A stretch of DNA of 57,082 nucleotides from a virus. Lineage: Duplodnaviria; Caudoviricetes. Within the stretch, counting starts at the first letter, position 1; each line of letters begins with the position of its first letter. The notes beneath the pieces are model-generated. The model did not search any database, was not told the DNA's origin, and worked only from the letters and a program-made list of their open reading frames with translations. The translations under genes were made by a program, and so were the position numbers. Shown piece by piece: positions 17,955 to 26,925 of this stretch. The stretch is from IMG/VR virus record IMGVR_UViG_3300025383_000031, positions 1-57,082 of that record. One strand, 5' to 3'.

Positions 17955-19765
17955 TACTTTTTGCCTTTAGGTTTTTTACCACGTTTTTTCATATTAATAG
18001 CAATAGCTGCTTGCTGTGCAAGATTCTTTGCTTCATCTAACATACGCATGATATCACGACTGTTGTTACTTTCAGTTCCACTTGCCATATATTCGTGATC
18101 ATCAAAGTTTTCCATTTCTTTCTTTAATGCTGCACGTTCTTGTGCTGAAAGTGTGCCATATGCTTTCATAATGCTACGCACATCTCCTGATACAGGCGCT
18201 GCTGCTCCACCTGCTGCTCCACCTGTTGGTGCTGTAGTGGGCGCTGCCGCTCCACCTGCCGCTCCACCTGCTGCTCCACCTGCTGCTGGCGCTGTTGCTG
18301 GCGCTGTTGCTGTAGGAGCAGCTTGTTTTGGCGCACGGGACCCACGAGGGAATGGAATTTTCATATTCTTAAATGTAGTTTTAATTATTTCATCGCTAAC
18401 GCCTTGCTTGCGTAAAAAGTCAAGAACTACTGCACTATCAACGCTTTTAGATTGCCCGCTGTATGAAAAACCAGGACCGTTTTTCCATGCATTGTTTAGC
18501 TTGTCTGCAGTAACTTTATTGGCTAAATTGCTGCCAATCGTGCTTACTTTATTACCAATAGCACTACCAATATTTTTCAAGCCTTGAACAAAACCAGCTT
18601 CTTCAATTTGATGGAAAATTACAGGAACTGCGCTTTCAAATACCCACACGCTGCGAGCGCCATCATCAAGTACGCCTTCACGTAAGAACCAATCTTGCAT
18701 TGTAGCATCACGATCTACATATTGGCTGCTATTTGTAACTTTCTTAGCACCTGCGGCTGCTACTCGCTTTGCAGTATCTGATGCTGTACCAACACCACCT
18801 TGATAAATTGGATTACCCGTTGGCTTTGGAATTTTAAGTGTAGCGCCAGCACGAATTGCATCTGGGTTATTAGCATATTGTGGATTTGCATCAACTAAAT
18901 CTTTTACACTTACATTATATTGTTTAGCAATAGTGCTTAAATTAGAACCATTTGGCACCTTCATAGTAGTATAATCTTGCGGACCTAAATCAGTACCAGC
19001 ACGATATCCTTGAACACCTGATACATTATTTTGTGCTGCAGTTGTATCATACGGACCACCATCAGTACCAGCATGATATCCTTGAACTCCTGATACATTA
19101 TTTTGTGCTGCAGTTGTATCATACGGACCACCATCAGTACCAGCATGATATCCTTGCACCTTTGATGGGGCAGGAGCGGCACCTTTAAGATAACTTGCTA
19201 ATTCACGACCAAGACCAGCAGCACCAGCAGTAACACCGCCCTTAATCATAGCAGCACTTAGTTTATCGCCTTGTAGCAGACGATCTGTCATCTTCATAAG
19301 ACCCAACACTGCAATGGGAGCAGCACCACCAGTTGCTAAGCCAACGACTGCAACAAGTGCGCCATAGATTAGATTTTGAATAATTGGATGCTTTTTAGCA
19401 AGCGCACGATACGCATAAACATGCTTAGCAAGACCTTCGTCACCACCAGTAGCATCTTTTAGTTTTGCAGCCATACTATCAAAAGCATTATCAAATCCTT
19501 TAACTGGACCTAAATTTCCAATTTTAGAGATAATACCTTGATATGCATTATTTACAGCAGCGCCTGCTTTGCCAGCAACATCTACGCCTTTGCCAAGCGC
19601 AGTTCTGTTAGTGCCACTTGCTCTTGCGCCTTGCTCAATTGCACCAAAAAGCGCAGTAATCTGCTCTGGACTTAGTTTTGCTTCACTAATCGCACGACCG
19701 GCACTAGTCCAACTTTCCATTAGCGGATTAAAATCTGCTGCTTCAAATAACGCTGTTGTATTCAT
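17954..19765 (-). CDS. LysM-containing Ala/Gly-rich putative ejection protein
   Basis: LysM (VPNGSNLSTIAKQYNVSVKDLVDANP...IRAGATLKIP), hydrophobic segment, leader MNTTALFE. Confidence 0.75.
   Translation of the reverse strand: MNTTALFEAADFNPLMESWTSAGRAISEAKLSPEQITALFGAIEQGARASGTNRTALGKGVDVAGKAGAAVNNAYQGIISKIGNLGPVKGFDNAFDSMAAKLKDATGGDEGLAKHVYAYRALAKKHPIIQNLIYGALVAVVGLATGGAAPIAVLGLMKMTDRLLQGDKLSAAMIKGGVTAGAAGLGRELASYLKGAAPAPSKVQGYHAGTDGGPYDTTAAQNNVSGVQGYHAGTDGGPYDTTAAQNNVSGVQGYRAGTDLGPQDYTTMKVPNGSNLSTIAKQYNVSVKDLVDANPQYANNPDAIRAGATLKIPKPTGNPIYQGGVGTASDTAKRVAAAGAKKVTNSSQYVDRDATMQDWFLREGVLDDGARSVWVFESAVPVIFHQIEEAGFVQGLKNIGSAIGNKVSTIGSNLANKVTADKLNNAWKNGPGFSYSGQSKSVDSAVVLDFLRKQGVSDEIIKTTFKNMKIPFPRGSRAPKQAAPTATAPATAPAAGGAAGGAAGGAAAPTTAPTGGAAGGAAAPVSGDVRSIMKAYGTLSAQERAALKKEMENFDDHEYMASGTESNNSRDIMRMLDEAKNLAQQAAIAINMKKRGKKPKGKK
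18197..18312. repeat. 12-bp low-complexity coding repeat (GGAA/APAT linker)
   Basis: Repeated gctgctccacct / gctgttgctggc units. Confidence 0.7.
18989..19160. repeat. 72-bp coding tandem repeat, ~2.4 copies (QGYHAGTDGGPYDTTAAQNNVSGV)
   Basis: atcagtaccagc recurs at 18989, 19061 and 19133. Confidence 0.95.
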
Positions 19766-19766
19766 C

Positions 19767-20699
19767 TTAATTGCTTCCTACCATTTTTTTGCCGGGCGGA
19801 CCCTTGTCGGTACCTTTCCAATATCCAGTAAATTTTGGACCAGTTTGACCTTTGCCTTCTACTTTACGCTTTTTCTTTTTCTGATTATAGGTTCCGCCAA
19901 ATAGCGAACCAACATTATTGCTGCCTGCACCACCATTCATTGCGCCAACTGCAATACCACCAGCACCGCTTGCGCCAGCACTTGCACTTTCACCGATTAC
20001 ATGAAAACCTGCTTGTTGTTTGCTTTTAACTTGTGTGCTTGGCACCATAATAGCCTGACCTTGCACATTGCCATTGGTATCAATCTTTGCCATTTTTACC
20101 ATGCCAGGAGTCTTAGTAGCGCCTGGTGGTGTATTTGGCTTACCGCCTGGTGTGCCATTGTTGGCAGTAGGTTGTGGTGTTCCCATTTGCTGACCTTGAG
20201 GTGGTTGTAATTGACCTGGTACTTGTGGGTCTTCCATCATTTCTTCTTCTGGATAGCGCATTTCATAATCCATATAATCAAATACGCTTTCAATATAATC
20301 TGCAGCACGAGTTAGTTTGCGCTGCACCCATCCATCTAATCCTTGTTCTTCACCAACATTCTTTAGCAGTTCGTGCAACATGATTGCTAACTTTGCTGTG
20401 CGATAAAGATCAGCACGAGCCATATGAACTTCATTATCACGTGGTTCTTCACTATAATTTGAACCCATTGAATATGAACGTTGTGGCTGACTTACAATCT
20501 CACAATCACATTCATCAAGACTTGTAATAGTTTCTGGTAATTTAATAAGATAACGACCAGTAGGCAATTTCCATACAGAAGTTCCACGAAAACGTTGTAA
20601 TAATTTTTCTGCATCATCGTAATTTACAATGACAGGACGATCATCCTTGTATAATATTTTTCCATATACTGAACTGTCATGAACTTTGTAGTTACTCAT
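19767..20699 (-). CDS. Modular putative head/core protein
   Basis: Helical MARADLYR...WVQRKLTRAADYI module; linkers SLDE, MME, IGE, KVE; TAAATA at 20718-20723. Confidence 0.7.
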   Translation of the reverse strand: MSNYKVHDSSVYGKILYKDDRPVIVNYDDAEKLLQRFRGTSVWKLPTGRYLIKLPETITSLDECDCEIVSQPQRSYSMGSNYSEEPRDNEVHMARADLYRTAKLAIMLHELLKNVGEEQGLDGWVQRKLTRAADYIESVFDYMDYEMRYPEEEMMEDPQVPGQLQPPQGQQMGTPQPTANNGTPGGKPNTPPGATKTPGMVKMAKIDTNGNVQGQAIMVPSTQVKSKQQAGFHVIGESASAGASGAGGIAVGAMNGGAGSNNVGSLFGGTYNQKKKKRKVEGKGQTGPKFTGYWKGTDKGPPGKKMVGSN

Positions 20700-20723
20700 C
20701 TAAGATATCCTTTGAATTATTTA

Positions 20724-21056
20724 TTAGTTTGAGGTAATCTGTATTCTATAATCTGTAGATGAATATGTAAAAGTGTTGCCCATACCATTTACTAATCTAT
20801 CTTTATTGATAAAAAATCTAGCAATTTTTATTTTTTTGTTGCCTATGTTTTGTATATTAACTTTAATATTTTTTATATGTTCATACGAAAATATAAATCG
20901 TTCAACGAGCATTTTGTCACTTGTAATTGCGGGAAAAACACGTTCTACAAATAATTGATTATTTGCTGTTATTCTATAAACAATATCACCTTTAACATAA
21001 TCGTATGTTTCGGGATATAAAACTATAGCAATTTCAATTTCTTTTTCTTCTAACAA
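20724..21056 (-). CDS. AT-rich hypothetical protein
   Basis: 110-aa beta-rich ORF. Confidence 0.6.
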   Translation of the reverse strand: MLEEKEIEIAIVLYPETYDYVKGDIVYRITANNQLFVERVFPAITSDKMLVERFIFSYEHIKNIKVNIQNIGNKKIKIARFFINKDRLVNGMGNTFTYSSTDYRIQITSN

Positions 21057-21316
21057 TTAAACACCGCAACTAAATCCTTATATAATTTAGTGCTACGTGC
21101 TCGCTCTTGAAGATTTTCACTATTTTTTATCTTATTGATTTTGGCACTCAAGCGGCGTAAATCGCTGCGAGTAAGTTTTCTGCGCATCTTCTTGCGTAGA
21201 AACGATAACGCCTGTCGTTTTAAATTGACAGGCGGTTGGTATGTTGTGGCGTGTTGGAATTCTTCCCAAAGTTCGGTAACTTCATCCCAAGTGTCAAGGG
21301 TTTGTGTATCATACAT
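21050..21316 (-). CDS. Hypothetical basic protein
   Basis: 88-aa ORF with GAGG RBS. Confidence 0.65.
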   Translation of the reverse strand: MYDTQTLDTWDEVTELWEEFQHATTYQPPVNLKRQALSFLRKKMRRKLTRSDLRRLSAKINKIKNSENLQERARSTKLYKDLVAVFNC

Positions 21317-21326
21317 AGTAGTTCCC

Positions 21327-21884
21327 TCATGCTAATTCTCCCTGTTTAGCAAAACGCTTAAGTGTTTTGGCAACACGGGCGAAATCTCTATCATCATATT
21401 TGATACCAATACCACCAGCCATCTGCCATGCCGTTATGTTTTTACCATAGTCATCAACAAGAATGTTGGAAACGCCACGTTCATTGGTAGCAAACTGTGC
21501 TTTATTATGTGTTAATTCAATTCCGCTTGGCAACATGTCATTGAAATGCATATTAATCCAAGCACGTTTTCCACTTTCGCTGCGACTGTCGCCAGCCAGT
21601 GGAGTAGAACAAATATAATATTCACCAAATGTTTCTTTGACAGTGCGAACAAGTTCCCTTGCATGAGGAAGTAAGGGAAGGTCTACCCAAAATGTAGGAT
21701 GGTCTCGCACAAGTTGTAATTTGGCTTCTGGGTTATCAATATCTTTATAGTGGTCTTTGCCATCAAGCCTAGCCCACTCACCAAAGAAGTCAGCCAATAC
21801 GCCATCCATGTCTAGATAAACTTTGAACTCTGTTTTGACGACTTCATCTATACGCATGCGATTATTTATCCTGATTTTGACCAT
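21327..21884 (-). CDS. HAD-family 5'(3')-deoxyribonucleotidase (NT5C-like); alternative start at 21857
   Basis: YLDMDGVLADF, GKRAW, ILVDDY..N...W..AGG.GI. Confidence 0.88.
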   Translation of the reverse strand: MVKIRINNRMRIDEVVKTEFKVYLDMDGVLADFFGEWARLDGKDHYKDIDNPEAKLQLVRDHPTFWVDLPLLPHARELVRTVKETFGEYYICSTPLAGDSRSESGKRAWINMHFNDMLPSGIELTHNKAQFATNERGVSNILVDDYGKNITAWQMAGGIGIKYDDRDFARVAKTLKRFAKQGELA

Positions 21885-21917
21885 GCTACATCATAGCATA
21901 TTCTGTGGATAAGTCAA
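21863..21917 (-). promoter_or_regulatory. Tandem early (TTGACT-16-TATGAT) and late (TAAATA) promoters
   Basis: -35 at 21912-21917, -10 at 21890-21895, TAAATA at 21863-21868; -10 and TAAATA each lie 5 nt before an in-frame ATG. Confidence 0.7.
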
Positions 21918-21920
21918 GTA

Positions 21921-22085
21921 TTATCCAAAAGAATGGACACGGCGCTCAACTTTGGATACCCATGCCTTACTAGGCTTTCCATGACCTTTATAGTATTGTA
22001 GCGGCTTGCCAGTTGTTTTACTGACAAGCGCCCAACGACCTTTTACTTTTTTCAATGTTTCGGTTATAAACTCGTGTGCTCTCAT
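21921..22085 (-). CDS. Small basic putative capsid-internal protein (leader MRAHEFITE)
   Basis: Closest match to T4 MKTYQEFIAE; ATGA overlap with the upstream gene. Confidence 0.75.
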   Translation of the reverse strand: MRAHEFITETLKKVKGRWALVSKTTGKPLQYYKGHGKPSKAWVSKVERRVHSFG

Positions 22086-25000
22086 GATAGTTGCCCTACG
22101 CTCCAACCAGTTAGTCCAGCACCATTTGCTAGCGGTGTAAAATGGCGCACCGCATCTTGATAAGAATTAAAAGTTCCATTTTCTGATATCTGTCTACCTT
22201 GAACAAATAGCGCATACTCACCACGCCCACCAGGATTTGCAATTCTAGGTCTAGGTGCTGGTGTAAGTTCAGCAGCAGGTTGATTTACAATAGCCTCGCC
22301 TGGTCCCATATAGAATAATTCTTGTTCTTGGGTATCGGGATCAACAGCAAACATCTGAATACCATTAATGCCACCCAATGTGCCACCCCAACGCACCGAA
22401 CTGCTATTGCGTCGTTGAATATCATTAGCATGCTCTTTTGCTTGTTCTGGATCGTTGTAAGTAAATGAAGTAATGGTTTGTCCAGTATCTGTGTATTTTA
22501 ACAGATACTTTACAGCACGACCTGTAGCAGCACCAGAAGCAGTTGTATTTGATTGTGCCGCTTGTGGTGGCAGTGATGGCACACGGTCTTCGCCTCTACT
22601 AGTAATACGCATCATTTCATCACGCAAGTATTGTAGTGAATATTCATCTAATAGTAGAACACCAAAACGATCTGCTCGCAAACCACTTACGCCCCAATGT
22701 TTTTCAGCCGCAGGAGCAGCCATCTTTACTATTTCACTTTGATATGTTGAATACATTTCAACCTGTGGAATAAACACTATTGTTTTACTGTCCATTTCAT
22801 TTGGATTAGTAGAATAGTATTGAACACGAACCATACTGTAGCCAGGGTAACGCAGACTTACATCAGCAAGTGGCATCTGACGGTCATGGGCAAACTTCAC
22901 TGCTGCCTCAATCATATCATATGGAGCAGTGCCATTGATTTTTACTACTTGCTCGCCGTCTTCATTTTCCAAGAAACCATCAACTGGTCCGCTGCCTATC
23001 GGTGCAATAGGCTTACGACGCTCTTGGGCAGTGCGTAATTCTTTAACAAGTTGTTCTTTGTCAATAGCGCCAGCAGTGTATTTGGCAAACAATTGCATAG
23101 TATTGTCTTTTTCACCTATACCAGCACTTACAAACTTATACAGTTTCTTTTGATATTCTCTGCTTGCATCTTCAGTATCAGCAGCGGCACCTATGACACG
23201 AACATAACGCAACATAGTATTGCGAATTTTTTCATATTGTTCAAAATAGTTACCACCAGCACTGCGGAACTCAATATAATTTGGCTTGATATTCACGCTA
23301 ACATAACGGTCGCCACGAGGAACCAATAGTTTATTGATTTCTTTTTTGGCAATATCTTGCAATCCACCACGCATCTTATCAAGGATTGCTGGTACATTCT
23401 TTCGGGCATTTCTACCACGCACTTCACGCTTTGCTTGATCAAAACTACTCTTAGTCCATCGTGAACCAGCACGACCAAATGCTTTAAGCACATACTCATC
23501 ACCAAGCAACATGATTACTTTAAGATGGTCAATGTTTTCTAAGGTTTGATTAGGGATACTAACACCAATATGGAAACCTGTTGTGCGGTTTGTATAATAA
23601 TCATTGCTCTTTGCCCAATCAAATACATTCTCTAACGCAGCCAAGCCATCTTCTAGGTTCATTGGAGGTGATACAAGTTCAATACCACCATCGCCATCAT
23701 CATTTGGACTATCTAGCGAACTATCTGGTTCAAATATCCAAGTGCTTTCATCACGAGTTGCTCCGTGATATCCACTGCTTGCTCGTGCTTTATAACCAGT
23801 TGTGCGTCTAAAATCATCAACAACATCACCAATGTCTGTGGTTGGTTCTTCTCTACTTCTGCTATATGTATAATGCGGCCAAGTTAGCGATTCACGAGTA
23901 TTGCGATTTACCCAACGCATCCAATCATACATGTCATCAATGCTATTACGACTTAAGAATCTGCCCCAAGTATATTCTTCGTTTTCTTCCATCCAATTGG
24001 TGCGAACATTATCTTTGGCATCATCAAGTTCTCGCTCACTTGCCTCGTCCATAGGCGTATCGCCTAATTCTTCTTGAACTGCGTCTTTGTAATCATCAGT
24101 GCCTTCAAATTCATTATCATAGGTTTCATATTGGTATTCACTAAATGCTTCATAGAACGATTCTAATGCACTTTCAACATCACTGCGAGTATTGTAATCG
24201 CTAACAAAAAAATCCATAACATCACGCTGACGATCACGATATGAAGCCGTGCCAGGAAAATCCTCATTGGCATCCATATCCTCTTCTTCTTCCTCATCGC
24301 CTTCTTCACCGCCAAGACCAGGAATATACATTTCGGTTTCAAATCCAACCTTCATGCTCTTGGCAAATGGAGTATCAGCAAACTTTTCAAGAGATGTAGG
24401 ACTCATATTGATTTCGTTTAGGATACTTTCTTCAATACTTTCGTTACGAGGAGCAAGTTGAACTTCATAATCCTCATCACCAAGATGTTCATCTGACCAA
24501 GATTCAGCATAGCGTTCAGCACCACGAGGTGATGCTGCACGGAACTCGTGGACTACACCACCTCTGGCAATGATTTGGTATTTTACACCTTCCACAGCAG
24601 TAATGTTAGAAGATGTGGCTGTTGCATTTGCTGGAATAGCATTGCCCGTAATATCATAACCACGATCTATTTCTAACTGTGAATATTGGCGTGGTTGTTC
24701 TGGTTGTGCGGTTGGTTGAGGAATTACTTGACCTTGCGTATCCCATAGATTATTGTTGTTTGGTGATCTTATAGCAATACTTGCTAATGGTAGATTACGT
24801 TCTTGCGCAAATCTTTGGGCTGCTTGCGTTGCTGCGTAAAAACTTTGTGCTTGTGTTGCTAATAATTCTGTGCCATCGCTACGGTTTACAACAACATAGG
24901 TTGCTGCGCCACCACTGGGCAATTGTAGTGCTTGTGTACCAGCACCAGGTATTGGTGTATTTGAATCATCGTTTGCAAGGGATAAGAACCAATCGCTATC

Positions 25001-26908
25001 ACGATAACCATATTCACGCGTCAGACGAGCAGCAATGTCTCGTGCTTGCTCATTATCTGGCGCACGAAACTGTGTAACCGCCTGCTGATTGTTTGATCTG
25101 CGGATAACATACATAGGTTGAATAGATGATACAGTTCGATCACCGCCAATTGATAATGGTTGGCGTGTTAGAATATCATCTGCTTGACCATCACGATCAC
25201 GAGTATCTCTTAACGCTACTAGGTCAAATGAACGACCACTTGCTCGCACTATGCGTGTGGCAATATCATATACATCACTGTAAGTCATTCTTGGAGATAC
25301 TACAAATGATTGCCATGGGTTGCCAGTTATACGACTGATAATCTGAAATGTAATACCACCAATCCCATCGTAATCTACATACGGTGTATCATCATCGTCA
25401 CCACCACCAACATTTGGTTGCGGTGCTTTTGCTTTCTTGGCAAAATCACGCTTGCTTTGTGCTGTTTTAACATAACTTATAAGTGCTGCGCGAGGCATAT
25501 TACCTGTTGCAAATGCTGTGAAATACTTGATAGTATCGGTTTCATCTTTTTTATCAGCAGTAAGCAGTTTGGCAAATTTCTTTTGGTATTCTTGGCGTTC
25601 TGCTTCTGGGTCAAGGGCAATGTTCATAGCATATACAACACGTAACAGTGTGTTTACTACTTCATCAGTATCCATATCAAGCCAGTTACCGCCTGGTGAA
25701 CGAAACTCTACACGATTATCTTTTGTATTGATACTTGTAAACTTGTCAGTATAACCACTGTGAATAAGTTTGGATGCTACTAGATTTAAATTCTGACGCA
25801 TCGCATCAACGGCTTTATTAGCCTTTTCTGGATTTTGTTTAATGAATGAGGCAATCTGTTCAAACGCACTACGAGCGTATGAATTACCAAGACGACCAAA
25901 CTTTTCAAGAATATACTTGTCGCCTAAAAATAGTGCAAGTTTAACATAATCAAGTTTATCTAACTTATAACCTGGTATAGAGATGTTCATATGCAAACCA
26001 GTTTTATCATTGGTATAAGCATTGCCATCTTTTGCCCACGCCTTGACCTTATTGATTTGGTCAATCATAGTTGTGATATCAAGTGGTGGTGATACAAACT
26101 CTAAACCTTCGCCACCTTTGCCACGAGTAGGTTGTAGACTGCTATCTGGTTCAATAACATACGCATCGTTTGGCTTTGCTATGCCGTGATAACTGCCGCT
26201 CTTAATAGTCTTCATACCAACAGCACGACGGAAATCACCTACATCAACAGTAGAGCGAGTTCTGCGGTCATAATAATCAGGTTCAGTCCAGTTTGGCCAA
26301 GATAGCCCAAGACTGCTATTATTTGCCAAATTACTCATATATGCGCCACCATAGTTGTCTTCTAAAAATTGTTCAAGATAGTCGTCAATGTTATCGTCAT
26401 CTTCAAGATTATCTACCCAAGTTTGGAAATATCGTGATTTAAACTCTTCATATGGATCAATCGTATCAATTTCTTTAAATAGTTCTGCTTGATTAGCATA
26501 ATCACGACCATAACGTTGGTCAATAAAATCTTGAATACGGGCGCTAGTATAATTATCCCATAGCGGACCTTCAATATAATCGTTCCATGCGTCATGGATC
26601 AAAGCAGTTGCAAAGTTTACTTCACGACGACTATTGTGGTCGCCAACGAAGAACTGCGTAACATCTTGTACTAATGCACTAAAACTTGCGGTAGAAACAC
26701 GCTCATCTTGGTCATAGTCTGGTTCGCTATCAAAGTCTTCATATGGATCATAATCATCATCTTCCTCTTCTTCAAGATTAGTGACGATAAGTTCAAATTC
26801 AAGACCTGCCTTGGCATTGGGAATCTTTGCCACTGCCGCACGAAGGGCTGACGGACTCATATTCACTTCATTTAGGATTTCTTCAAGGATTAGGTCTTTG
26901 TCGCTCAT
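22082..26908 (-). CDS. 1608-aa protein with two tandem amidoligase (COOH-NH2 ligase) domains plus short repeats
   Basis: Twice: G[LF]E.E, EPDSSL, G.E.VSPP, TG.H...S, EFRS.GG; both copies start ILNE-[VI]NMSP; TAAATA at 26914-26919. Confidence 0.85.
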   Translation of the reverse strand: MSDKDLILEEILNEVNMSPSALRAAVAKIPNAKAGLEFELIVTNLEEEEDDDYDPYEDFDSEPDYDQDERVSTASFSALVQDVTQFFVGDHNSRREVNFATALIHDAWNDYIEGPLWDNYTSARIQDFIDQRYGRDYANQAELFKEIDTIDPYEEFKSRYFQTWVDNLEDDDNIDDYLEQFLEDNYGGAYMSNLANNSSLGLSWPNWTEPDYYDRRTRSTVDVGDFRRAVGMKTIKSGSYHGIAKPNDAYVIEPDSSLQPTRGKGGEGLEFVSPPLDITTMIDQINKVKAWAKDGNAYTNDKTGLHMNISIPGYKLDKLDYVKLALFLGDKYILEKFGRLGNSYARSAFEQIASFIKQNPEKANKAVDAMRQNLNLVASKLIHSGYTDKFTSINTKDNRVEFRSPGGNWLDMDTDEVVNTLLRVVYAMNIALDPEAERQEYQKKFAKLLTADKKDETDTIKYFTAFATGNMPRAALISYVKTAQSKRDFAKKAKAPQPNVGGGDDDDTPYVDYDGIGGITFQIISRITGNPWQSFVVSPRMTYSDVYDIATRIVRASGRSFDLVALRDTRDRDGQADDILTRQPLSIGGDRTVSSIQPMYVIRRSNNQQAVTQFRAPDNEQARDIAARLTREYGYRDSDWFLSLANDDSNTPIPGAGTQALQLPSGGAATYVVVNRSDGTELLATQAQSFYAATQAAQRFAQERNLPLASIAIRSPNNNNLWDTQGQVIPQPTAQPEQPRQYSQLEIDRGYDITGNAIPANATATSSNITAVEGVKYQIIARGGVVHEFRAASPRGAERYAESWSDEHLGDEDYEVQLAPRNESIEESILNEINMSPTSLEKFADTPFAKSMKVGFETEMYIPGLGGEEGDEEEEEDMDANEDFPGTASYRDRQRDVMDFFVSDYNTRSDVESALESFYEAFSEYQYETYDNEFEGTDDYKDAVQEELGDTPMDEASERELDDAKDNVRTNWMEENEEYTWGRFLSRNSIDDMYDWMRWVNRNTRESLTWPHYTYSRSREEPTTDIGDVVDDFRRTTGYKARASSGYHGATRDESTWIFEPDSSLDSPNDDGDGGIELVSPPMNLEDGLAALENVFDWAKSNDYYTNRTTGFHIGVSIPNQTLENIDHLKVIMLLGDEYVLKAFGRAGSRWTKSSFDQAKREVRGRNARKNVPAILDKMRGGLQDIAKKEINKLLVPRGDRYVSVNIKPNYIEFRSAGGNYFEQYEKIRNTMLRYVRVIGAAADTEDASREYQKKLYKFVSAGIGEKDNTMQLFAKYTAGAIDKEQLVKELRTAQERRKPIAPIGSGPVDGFLENEDGEQVVKINGTAPYDMIEAAVKFAHDRQMPLADVSLRYPGYSMVRVQYYSTNPNEMDSKTIVFIPQVEMYSTYQSEIVKMAAPAAEKHWGVSGLRADRFGVLLLDEYSLQYLRDEMMRITSRGEDRVPSLPPQAAQSNTTASGAATGRAVKYLLKYTDTGQTITSFTYNDPEQAKEHANDIQRRNSSSVRWGGTLGGINGIQMFAVDPDTQEQELFYMGPGEAIVNQPAAELTPAPRPRIANPGGRGEYALFVQGRQISENGTFNSYQDAVRHFTPLANGAGLTGWSVGQLS

Positions 26909-26925
26909 TTATATATTTACCGTTT

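Noticed and set aside
18153-18587. Plus-strand Ala/Pro-rich 144-aa ORF, and other plus-strand ORFs such as 12403-12888 and 34314-34871
   Set aside because: Antisense shadows of well-supported minus-strand genes, without RBS or recognisable motifs.
18989-19160. 72-bp repeats as a CRISPR array or DGR template/variable pair
   Set aside because: Contiguous in-frame coding repeats with no unique spacers; no cas or reverse transcriptase gene in the window.
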